NCBI GenBank assembly: GCA_016871275.1
Contig: VFZG01000016.1
Span: forward strand, 2,045-66,044
DNA: 64,000 nucleotides
Direction: 5' to 3'
Origin: Acidimicrobiia bacterium
Lineage (GTDB): Bacteria > Acidobacteriota > Vicinamibacteria > Vicinamibacterales > UBA2999
Part shown: positions 40,762-48,581 of the stretch, one piece after another
How positions within the stretch are numbered: the stretch's first letter is position 1
How the letters are laid out: each line of letters begins with the position of its first letter
Position numbers and translations under genes: made by a program
The notes under the pieces: generated by a model
Seen by the model: the letters and a program-made list of their open reading frames with translations, nothing else
The model's database searches: none
What the model was told of the DNA's origin: nothing

Positions 40762-43700
40762 GTTGAATCACGCGTCCGTCTTCCGCGGTCGTGATCTGCC
40801 CGAACAGCGCCGACCCAAACGTCCCGTTGGGCTGTCCGAATCGCGCCTGGTTGAAGATGTTGAAGCCTTCGATACGCACCTGGATGCGATGGCGCGTCGC
40901 GAAGTCGAAGTTCTTGAAGATGGACAGATCCGTGCGCTGGAAGCCGGGACCCCTCACCGTGTTGCGGCCGGCGTTGCCGGGACGTTCGCCGGTCTGCGCC
41001 AGCGTCAGCGCCGTGAAGCACGAGGTGTTGAACCACTGGGCGGTCGTCCTCGGGCCGTCGTTGGCATCGCAGGTCATGTCCGGCCGCGACGTCATGTAGC
41101 GGATGTCGAGCACCGCGCCCTGCGTGACGGTGAGCGGGAAGCCGGTCTGTGCCTGGTAGATGCCGTTCAGCTGCCAGCCGCCGGCGACGTGCTTGACGAT
41201 TGCGGACGACGACTCGAGCGCCGGCAGCTCGTAGCCGAAGCTGAGGACGAATCGATGGCGCGCGTCGAAGAGTGCGGGTCCCTTCTCGAACGACAGCGCG
41301 CGCTCGATGCTCGCCTCGTTGCCCTGGGCGACCGGCATCACCGGCCGCGCCTCGCCGCCAATGTTCAGGCCCGAGACGTGATCGGTCGTCTTGCCGAGCG
41401 TGTAGCTGGCGAGGAAGTTCAGGCCGCGCGTCGGCAACATCCGCAGGCTGGCCTGCAGCGAGTCGTACCACGACTTCGCCACCGAGAAGGTGGGCCGCAC
41501 CAGCGCGAAGGCCGGCATCAGCCTGGCGCCCCGAGCGGTCTGGCCGGGCGCATACACGCCCGGGTTCACTTCCAGGAACATCGGCAGGTTGTAGCCGCGC
41601 GAGCCGACGTAGGAAATCTCGGCGCCGATGCGGTCCCGCAGCTGGCGCTGGACGCCGGCGTTGAAGTGATACGCATAGGGCGACTTGAAGTCGCCGCCCC
41701 AGCCGATGATGGTCAGCGCCGGCGGGAACGGGTTGGGCGGGCCGGCGACGGCGGCCAGCGGGTCGGCAATCGTGATCGGCGTCGGCGTATTGAGTTCGAC
41801 GAGCGGCGTGAACGGCGGCGACAGCACGCCGCTCTGGAAGAAGTCGCCCTGGCCGGCGAGCGCGTCGTAGAACACGCCAAACGCCGAGCGAATACTGGTG
41901 CGCCCGTCGCCGAACGGATCCCAGGTGGCGGCGATGCGCGGCGCGACATTGTTCTGGTCGGTCGGGACGATGCCGCGCGGCACGCCGGGATCGCCCGGGT
42001 AGATGAGCCCGGCCGGCGCGGCGGGATACTTCTGCGAGCGGGCGCCGGTGACAAAGCCGGTGATCGCATCGTTCTTGTCGATGAACGGCGTCGGCAGCTC
42101 GTAGCGGACGCCAAGGTTCAGCGTCAGCCGCGAGTTGACGCGGTATTCATCCTGGGCGTAGCCGGAAAACAGCCAGCCCCAGCCTTGCTGGATCGACTGC
42201 TGGGTGGTGGCGCGCGCCTGCGCGGGCAGGCCGAGCAGGAAATCCGCGGCGGCGTTGCCGGTGATGCCGCCGCTGAACGTGAGGTCGCCGTTCGGGCGGT
42301 TGATGAAGGCAATGCGCATGGCCTCGCGGCGCAGGTCAAAGCCGAATTTCAGCGAATGGCTGCCGCTGACCCAGGTCAGATCGTCGGCCAGTTGCCAGAC
42401 GTGATTGACGCGATTGACGAACGGCTGCTGCGCGTCGCCGAGCGCGGCATTGCCGCCGCCAAAGAAGCCGGTCACCGCAATCGACGGCAGGCCGGCGGCG
42501 ATCGGGTTGGTGTTCGCGAAGTTGATGCCGTAGCTGCGCGGGCTCAGGCCGCTCGTCACTGCCGGGTTGGCCGAGATGCGGTTCACCGAGAACCGCGCCT
42601 GGTTGATGATGCGCGGGCTGATCACGAAGTTGTGCGACACCAGCCCGTCCTGCAGCGTCGCCAGGGCGCGCTGATCGACCGGAGCGATGATCTTCGGCGT
42701 CTGCCGATCCGTGGCGCTGCGCAGGTAGCGTCCGAGGACGGAATGCCGCCCGCTGATCTGGAAATCGACGCGAGCGCCGAACTGATCGCGGGTGTCGCTG
42801 ACGGTCGGCGAGACGATGTAGCGGTTGCCGGGCGAATTTGGCAGCGGCACGAAGTCGTTCAGCAGTCTCGCGGCGGCCGGGCTGATCCGGCTGGACGGGA
42901 TGATGTTGCCGGGGAACGGCTGGCCCGTCAGCGGATCGCGAACCGCCGCGCCGCCCGAGAAGTCGCCGCCGCGCTGGGCGGCCGACGGCACCAGGATGTT
43001 CTGCGTGATGCCACTGTTGTTGCGATAGCCCTCGTAGTACATGAACCCGAACAGCCGTCGCCGCATGATGGGCCCGCCAAACGATCCGCCGAACTGGTTT
43101 TGCTTCAGTTTCGGTTTTGGCTGGGTCTGAGGCGCGAAGAAGTTCCTGGCGTTCAGAGCGTCGTCGCGATTGAATTCCCACGCCGCGCCGGAAAAAGTGT
43201 TGCTGCCCGACTTGGTGACGACGTTCACCACCGACCCCGCGTTTCGGCCGTATTCGGCCGAGAAGGCGTGCGTCAGGATCTTGAATTCCTGGATGGCGTC
43301 GGGCGGCGGCCGCAGCACGAAGCCGGTATTGAACGTGTCGTTGTTGGTGGCGCCGTCCATCAGGAAGTTGTTGGACTGGTTGCGCATGCCGTTGACGTTG
43401 AAGCCGCCGGTGGCGTTGCCGAAACCGCCCGGCGTGGCGTCGCCGGCCTGCCCGCCGAGCCCACCCGGCGGCGCCACGACGCCCGGGATCAGCGTGCCGA
43501 GTTGCGTGAAGTTGCGTCCATTGAGCGGCAGGTCGACGACCTTCTGCTCATCGATGACGATGCCGTGGGTCGCATTGCTCGTTTCGACGAGCGTGGCTTC
43601 GGCGCTGACCGTGATGGTCTCGCTCAGCTGGCCGACTTGCAGCTGGAAGGCGACGCGCGCGGTCTCGGTGACGACGACGCGCACTCCGTCGCGCTGCGCC

Positions 43701-43954
43701 GTGCGAAAGCCCTGCAGTGTCGCCTTGACCGTGTAGGTCCCCGGGGGCAGCAGGGGAATGGTGTAGAGGCCGTCGGCGCCGCTGACCGCGGTGCGGGTGG
43801 CGCCGGTGGCGTCGCTGGTGGCGTCGATCATGACGCCGGGCAGCACCGCGCCGGACGCATCGGTGACGACGCCGTTGATTTGACCGGTGGCTTGCGCGAA
43901 CGCCGGTGGCGCCAGCGCGGTGAACACGAGTAGAGCAATCAGCAAGCGTCGCAT
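40739..43954 (-). CDS. TonB-dependent receptor with N-terminal carboxypeptidase-regulatory-like domain
   Basis: Signal peptide ...APPAFAQ, GQINGVVTDASGAVLPGVMIDA, 1071 aa, terminal ...LGIKYVF. GGAGG Shine-Dalgarno. The stop overlaps the phoD start by 23 nt. Confidence 0.85.
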   Translation of the reverse strand: MRRLLIALLVFTALAPPAFAQATGQINGVVTDASGAVLPGVMIDATSDATGATRTAVSGADGLYTIPLLPPGTYTVKATLQGFRTAQRDGVRVVVTETARVAFQLQVGQLSETITVSAEATLVETSNATHGIVIDEQKVVDLPLNGRNFTQLGTLIPGVVAPPGGLGGQAGDATPGGFGNATGGFNVNGMRNQSNNFLMDGATNNDTFNTGFVLRPPPDAIQEFKILTHAFSAEYGRNAGSVVNVVTKSGSNTFSGAAWEFNRDDALNARNFFAPQTQPKPKLKQNQFGGSFGGPIMRRRLFGFMYYEGYRNNSGITQNILVPSAAQRGGDFSGGAAVRDPLTGQPFPGNIIPSSRISPAAARLLNDFVPLPNSPGNRYIVSPTVSDTRDQFGARVDFQISGRHSVLGRYLRSATDRQTPKIIAPVDQRALATLQDGLVSHNFVISPRIINQARFSVNRISANPAVTSGLSPRSYGINFANTNPIAAGLPSIAVTGFFGGGNAALGDAQQPFVNRVNHVWQLADDLTWVSGSHSLKFGFDLRREAMRIAFINRPNGDLTFSGGITGNAAADFLLGLPAQARATTQQSIQQGWGWLFSGYAQDEYRVNSRLTLNLGVRYELPTPFIDKNDAITGFVTGARSQKYPAAPAGLIYPGDPGVPRGIVPTDQNNVAPRIAATWDPFGDGRTSIRSAFGVFYDALAGQGDFFQSGVLSPPFTPLVELNTPTPITIADPLAAVAGPPNPFPPALTIIGWGGDFKSPYAYHFNAGVQRQLRDRIGAEISYVGSRGYNLPMFLEVNPGVYAPGQTARGARLMPAFALVRPTFSVAKSWYDSLQASLRMLPTRGLNFLASYTLGKTTDHVSGLNIGGEARPVMPVAQGNEASIERALSFEKGPALFDARHRFVLSFGYELPALESSSAIVKHVAGGWQLNGIYQAQTGFPLTVTQGAVLDIRYMTSRPDMTCDANDGPRTTAQWFNTSCFTALTLAQTGERPGNAGRNTVRGPGFQRTDLSIFKNFDFATRHRIQVRIEGFNIFNQARFGQPNGTFGSALFGQITTAEDGRVIQLGIKYVF

Positions 43955-43962
43955 CCGACCTC

Positions 43963-44751
43963 CTACATCCCTGGCGGCTGGAACCGCCCGTCGGCGGCCA
44001 GCCAGCCGCCGTCGGCAAACAGAATTGTCCCGGTGACGTAGCTGGCGGCGTCAGACAGGAGGAAGATTGCCGGCCCCGCCATCTCCGACGACTGCGCCCA
44101 GCGGTTCATGGGATTCTTCATCGCGTAGGCGTTGTACCACTCCGCGTTCTGCTTGATCGGCGCGGTCAGCGGCGTTTCAATCACGCCCGGGCCGACGGCG
44201 TTGACGCGCACGCCCTTGGTGCCCCATTCGGTGGCCGCCGTCTTCACCAGCTGCACGATGCCGGCCTTGGTCATTGAATACACCGACTGTCCGGGCTCGG
44301 TGGTGATCGATCGAATCGACGAGAACAGGACGATGCTGCCGGAGCCCTGCTGCGTCATCAGTTGGCCGGCCGCCTGCAACACGTTGAAGTTGCCCTGCAG
44401 GTTGACGTTGACCACACGCGCGAACTCGTCGCTCGTGTAGTGCAGGATCGGTTTGCGCACGTTGATCGCCGGGGTGCAGACCACGCCATCCAGCCGGTGG
44501 TGTTTCGACGAGGCCTCGACGAGACCGTCCCTGACGGACGTGATGTCGGTGATGTCGCACCTCATCGAGGAGGCCTGGCAACCGAGGCTGGTGATCCCCG
44601 CCGCCGTTTCCGCGACGGCGTCCGCGTTGACGTCCAGGCAACATACAAACGCGCCATGTTGTGCCGCGCCCTGTGCCACCGAGCGGCCAATGCCCGAGCC
44701 CGCGCCGATCACCGCCACCGTCTTGCCTTCGAGGGAGAACAGATTCTTCAT
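43963..44751 (-). CDS. SDR family oxidoreductase
   Basis: TGxxxGIG-like GAGSGIGRS and catalytic YSMTKAG (YxxxK). ATG at 44751 overlaps the upstream stop by 1 nt. Confidence 0.85.
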   Translation of the reverse strand: MKNLFSLEGKTVAVIGAGSGIGRSVAQGAAQHGAFVCCLDVNADAVAETAAGITSLGCQASSMRCDITDITSVRDGLVEASSKHHRLDGVVCTPAINVRKPILHYTSDEFARVVNVNLQGNFNVLQAAGQLMTQQGSGSIVLFSSIRSITTEPGQSVYSMTKAGIVQLVKTAATEWGTKGVRVNAVGPGVIETPLTAPIKQNAEWYNAYAMKNPMNRWAQSSEMAGPAIFLLSDAASYVTGTILFADGGWLAADGRFQPPGM

Positions 44752-45797
44752 CACTTCTTGAGGTCTCGCGCGGCCGGGTAGCTGGGGATTCCGGTCGCCT
44801 CCGTGGCCGCGCGGACAATCGCGCGCGCCATGACGTCGGCAGCCAGCGCGCCGATTTGTGTGAGGTTCACGTCGCCGGTCCACCGGCCGGTGGCGAGCGC
44901 GAACACGGTATCGCCGTCGCCCATGGTATGCGACGGAAAGATTGCGCGCGCAAACCCGTCGTCTGCCATCAGGGCCATGCGCTGCGCCTGCGTCTTGGTG
45001 AGGCGGGCGTTGGTGGCGACGAGGCCGATGGTGGTGTTCTCACCGGGACGGGGTGCCTGGCCGGCCTGGCCGGTCCGCAGGATTCGCCGCGCGTCCGCAA
45101 AGGTGCCGTCGGGGTTGCGCACGCCGGCGACCACGCGCCCGGTGTCCGGGTCGATGATGTCGCCGACCGCGTTCACCGCCACGATGGCGCCGACGGTCAG
45201 GCCGTTCGGCATGGTGATGCTGTAGCTGCCGATGCCGGCCTTCATCGATCGGCCTGGACCGCCGGTCTTGCCGACGGTCGCGCCCGCGCCGGCCCCGACC
45301 GTGCCTTCGCGCACCGGTGCGTTCGTCGCGGCCGCCGCGGCGCGATAGCCGCAGTCGGCCGCCGGCCTGATCTTCGGATTGCCGCCGATCGGCAGGTCGA
45401 ACAGGATGGCGGCCGGGACGATCGGCACCTTGCCCGAGCCCGTCGTCCATCCGATGTTCTGCTCCTCGAGCCACTGCACGGTGCCGGTCGCCGCATCGAG
45501 GCCGAAGGCGCTGCCGCCGGAGAGCACCACCGCATTGACCTTGTCGACCATATTCGACGGATCGAGGAGATCGGTTTCGCGCGTGCCGGGCGCGCCGCCA
45601 CGTTGTGAGACGCCGCCGGCGGCACCGTCGCCGTCGACCAGAATGACCGTGCAGCCGGTCGGCCGCTCGACGAGCGTGTGGTGTCCGACCTTGATGCCGG
45701 GCACCGCGGTGATGGTGGAGTTGGACGAGGGCGAGTTCTGCGCCAACAGCGCCGTGGACGTGGCGATGAGGCAGGCGGCCGAGAAAAGTGTTTTCAT
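44751..45797 (-). CDS. peptidase family S58/P1 (DmpA/BapA-like aminopeptidase), secreted
   Basis: Signal peptide MKTLFSAACLIATSTALLAQ. ITAVPGIKVGHHT, GGAPGTRETDLL, NAVVLSGGSAFGLDA. The in-frame GTG 30 nt upstream is an alternative start. Confidence 0.75.
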   Translation of the reverse strand: MKTLFSAACLIATSTALLAQNSPSSNSTITAVPGIKVGHHTLVERPTGCTVILVDGDGAAGGVSQRGGAPGTRETDLLDPSNMVDKVNAVVLSGGSAFGLDAATGTVQWLEEQNIGWTTGSGKVPIVPAAILFDLPIGGNPKIRPAADCGYRAAAAATNAPVREGTVGAGAGATVGKTGGPGRSMKAGIGSYSITMPNGLTVGAIVAVNAVGDIIDPDTGRVVAGVRNPDGTFADARRILRTGQAGQAPRPGENTTIGLVATNARLTKTQAQRMALMADDGFARAIFPSHTMGDGDTVFALATGRWTGDVNLTQIGALAADVMARAIVRAATEATGIPSYPAARDLKK

Positions 45798-45867
45798 GCT
45801 CTGAGCTTTTGGTGCCTTCCATGCCACCGGTTCCGCGCCCTCGGCGACCCTGGAAGTGACGATCATA

Positions 45868-45873
45868 TAAGAT
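45868..45873 (+). promoter_or_regulatory. -10-like hexamer TAAGAT, 6 nt upstream of the GTG at 45880 (leaderless candidate)
   Basis: GTGACG-N6-TAAGAT-N6-GTG, with no Shine-Dalgarno. Confidence 0.4.
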
Positions 45874-45879
45874 CTCCGC

Positions 45880-47148
45880 GTGTCTTCCGTAGCCGACCGC
45901 GTCGTGGCCGAAATCGACCGCAGCCGCGATGAGATTGTTGACTTCGCCGCGCGGCTGATCCGGATTCCGACCGTCAATCCGCCGGGTGAGGCATACGAGA
46001 GCTGCGCAGCGGCGATCGGCGATCAGTTGCGCGCGCACGGCGCCGTCGTGCAGTTGCTGCCGGCGGTGGGCCGCATCGAGCACACGCCCGAGCATCCGCG
46101 CATCAACGTGATTGGCAGGCAAGAAGGATCGGCGGCGGCTCCCGCGATTCACCTGAACGGGCATTTCGACGTCGTGCCGGTCGGCCTGGGATGGACGCGC
46201 AATCCGTTCGGAGCGGACATCGAGGGCGATCGCCTCTACGGCCGCGGCGCATGCGACATGAAAGCGGGCATCGCGTCGGCGGTGTTTGCCGTGGAAGCCA
46301 TCCGCCGCGCCGGCGCGACGCACGTGGCCCCCATCGAGATCAGCGGCACGGTTGACGAAGAGAGCGGCGGCTTTGCCGGCGTCGCCTGGCTGGCCGAGCA
46401 GCGGCTGCTGTCGCGCGAGCGCACCAGGGCGGTGATCATTCCGGAACCGTTCGGCGTCGACCGCGTGTGCATTGGCCACCGCGGGGTCTACTGGTTCGAA
46501 GTGATCGCCCAGGGCCGCATCGCCCACGGCAGCATGCCGTATCTCGGTATCAACGCGATTGAGGGCATGTCGCACTTCCTCGACCTGGTCCGCGACGAGC
46601 TTGGACCGGCGCTCCATGGCCGCGTCACGGCGATGCCGGTCGTGCCCGACGGGTCGCGGCGCGCCACCATCAACATCAACGGGATTGATGGCGGACAGCC
46701 GGTGGACGATACGCCGAGCCCGTGTGTGGCCGATCGCTGCCGCGCGGTATTCGACCGCCGCTTTCTGTTCGAGGAGGGCCTCGATCGCACGCGAGCGGAG
46801 ATCGCGGCACTGGTCGCCAAGGCACAGGCGCGCATGCCGGAGGTCACGTTCTCGATTGAAGACCGGCTGATCTTCGAGCCGTCGCGCACCGCCGAGGATG
46901 CGCCGGTGGTCGGCGCGCTGACCGACGCCATCGCGCGCGTGATCGGAAGGAAGGCGGCGCTCGTGGCCAGTCCGGGCACCTACGACCACAAGCATGTCGC
47001 ACGTATCGCCGGTGTGCCGCAGTGCGTCGCCTACGGGCCGGGGTTGCTGAACCTGGCGCACCAGCCCGACGAGTACTGTTCCATCGACGATATGATCAAC
47101 GCTACGAAGGTGCTGGCGATCGCCGTGCTGGCGCTCGCAAATGGGTGA
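45880..47148 (+). CDS. M20 family metallopeptidase (ArgE/DapE/ACY1-like deacylase)
   Basis: LNGHFDVVP, RGACDMKAG, TVDEESGG metal/catalytic motifs. Confidence 0.8.
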   Translation: MSSVADRVVAEIDRSRDEIVDFAARLIRIPTVNPPGEAYESCAAAIGDQLRAHGAVVQLLPAVGRIEHTPEHPRINVIGRQEGSAAAPAIHLNGHFDVVPVGLGWTRNPFGADIEGDRLYGRGACDMKAGIASAVFAVEAIRRAGATHVAPIEISGTVDEESGGFAGVAWLAEQRLLSRERTRAVIIPEPFGVDRVCIGHRGVYWFEVIAQGRIAHGSMPYLGINAIEGMSHFLDLVRDELGPALHGRVTAMPVVPDGSRRATININGIDGGQPVDDTPSPCVADRCRAVFDRRFLFEEGLDRTRAEIAALVAKAQARMPEVTFSIEDRLIFEPSRTAEDAPVVGALTDAIARVIGRKAALVASPGTYDHKHVARIAGVPQCVAYGPGLLNLAHQPDEYCSIDDMINATKVLAIAVLALANG

Positions 47149-47151
47149 GAT

Positions 47152-48480
47152 ATGTCCACGACATTGGCAGGCATGACCGGTCAGGAAATCGTCGCGTTGT
47201 CGAAACAGCATTCGCTGTTCGAGTGGTCGGCGCAGGCGCACGTCGATCCGATCCCGGTCAGCCGCGCGAAGGGCATTTATTTCTGGACGCCGGAGGGCAA
47301 GCGCTTCATCGACTTCAACAGCCAGTTGATGTGCGTCAACATCGGCCACGGCGACGAGCGCGTCATCAAGGCAATCCAGGAGCAGGCCGCGACGCTGGCC
47401 TACGCCAACCCGTTCATGGCCACCGAGGCGCGCGCCAGGCTCGGCCAGAAGCTGGCGGCGATCTGCCCCGGCGACATCGACGTGTTCTTCTTCACCAACG
47501 GCGGCGCCGAAGCGAATGAAAACGCCATTCGCATCGCGCGGCTCGTCACCGGCCGCCACAAGATCCTGGCCCGCTACCGTTCGTATCACGGCGGCACCGG
47601 CGCCAGCCTGAGCGCTACCGGCGATCCGCGGCGGTGGGCGATGGAGCCCGGCATGCCCGGCATCATTCACGTGCCGCATCCCTACAAGGGACCGGCGCGT
47701 GGCACGCTGTCCGGCGCTGAAGCCCTCGCCGAAATCGAAGAAGTGATCATGCTCGAGGGGCCGCAGACCATCGCGGCCTTTCTGATGGAGCCGGTCACCG
47801 GCACCAACGGCATTCACGTGCCGCCAACCGGCTACCTCGAAGGCCTGCGCGCGCTGTGCGACCGGCACGGCATCCTGCTGATCTGCGACGAGGTCATGTC
47901 AGGCTTCGGGCGCACCGGAGAGTGGTTTGCCGTCGACCACTTCAAGGTGGTGCCCGACATCCTCACCATGGCGAAGGGATTGACGAGCGCGTATGTGGCA
48001 CTGGGCGCCCTCGGCGTGCGGCGCAAGATCGCCGATCACTTCAAGGACAAGGTGCTCTACGGCGGCCTGACCTATAACAGTCATCCGCTTGGGTGCGCCG
48101 CCGCCATCGCCACGATTGCGGTCTACGAAGAAGACCGGCTGATCGACCGCGCGAAGCAGACCGGCGTCGTCATGCGCCAGATGCTCGACGACCTGAAGGC
48201 GAAGCATCCGTGCGTCGGCGAGGCGCGCTCCATCGGCCTGTTCGGGATCGTGGAACTGGTGCGCAACCGCAAGACCATGGAACCGATGGCGCCGTTCAAC
48301 GGCACCTCGCCGGAGATGCAGGCGCTCGGCAGGTTCTTCCGCGAAGAAGGCCTCTATACCTTCGTTCGATGGAACGGGTTCTTCACCAATCCGCCGCTGT
48401 GCATCACCGAGGCGGAGTTGGCGGAGGCGTTTGCGATCATCGACAAGGGGCTCTACGCCGCTGATAAAGCGGTCGTGTAA
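47152..48480 (+). CDS. class III (omega) aminotransferase
   Basis: FFTNGGAEANE, CDEVMSGFGRTG, PLP-lysine MAKGLTS. Confidence 0.85.
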   Translation: MSTTLAGMTGQEIVALSKQHSLFEWSAQAHVDPIPVSRAKGIYFWTPEGKRFIDFNSQLMCVNIGHGDERVIKAIQEQAATLAYANPFMATEARARLGQKLAAICPGDIDVFFFTNGGAEANENAIRIARLVTGRHKILARYRSYHGGTGASLSATGDPRRWAMEPGMPGIIHVPHPYKGPARGTLSGAEALAEIEEVIMLEGPQTIAAFLMEPVTGTNGIHVPPTGYLEGLRALCDRHGILLICDEVMSGFGRTGEWFAVDHFKVVPDILTMAKGLTSAYVALGALGVRRKIADHFKDKVLYGGLTYNSHPLGCAAAIATIAVYEEDRLIDRAKQTGVVMRQMLDDLKAKHPCVGEARSIGLFGIVELVRNRKTMEPMAPFNGTSPEMQALGRFFREEGLYTFVRWNGFFTNPPLCITEAELAEAFAIIDKGLYAADKAVV

Positions 48481-48493
48481 GAGAAACAAACGC

Positions 48494-48519
48494 CACGGAG
48501 ACAGGGAGGCACGGAGACA
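48494..48519 (+). repeat. direct repeat CACGGAGACA x2 (16-nt period)
   Basis: cacggagaca gggagg cacggagaca, in the convergent intergenic region. Confidence 0.7.
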
Positions 48520-48534
48520 TTTCCGGAAAAATGC

Positions 48535-48581
48535 CCCCCGTAGCCCGCTGCCCCGTAGCCTGCAGTAGCCCGCAGCCCTCA
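48535..48581 (+). repeat. degenerate tandem heptamer repeat (GCCCGNA family) abutting the stop of the VWA gene
   Basis: ccccgta gcccgct gccccgta gcctgca gta gcccgca gccctca. The last unit contains the minus-strand TGA stop. Confidence 0.7.
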
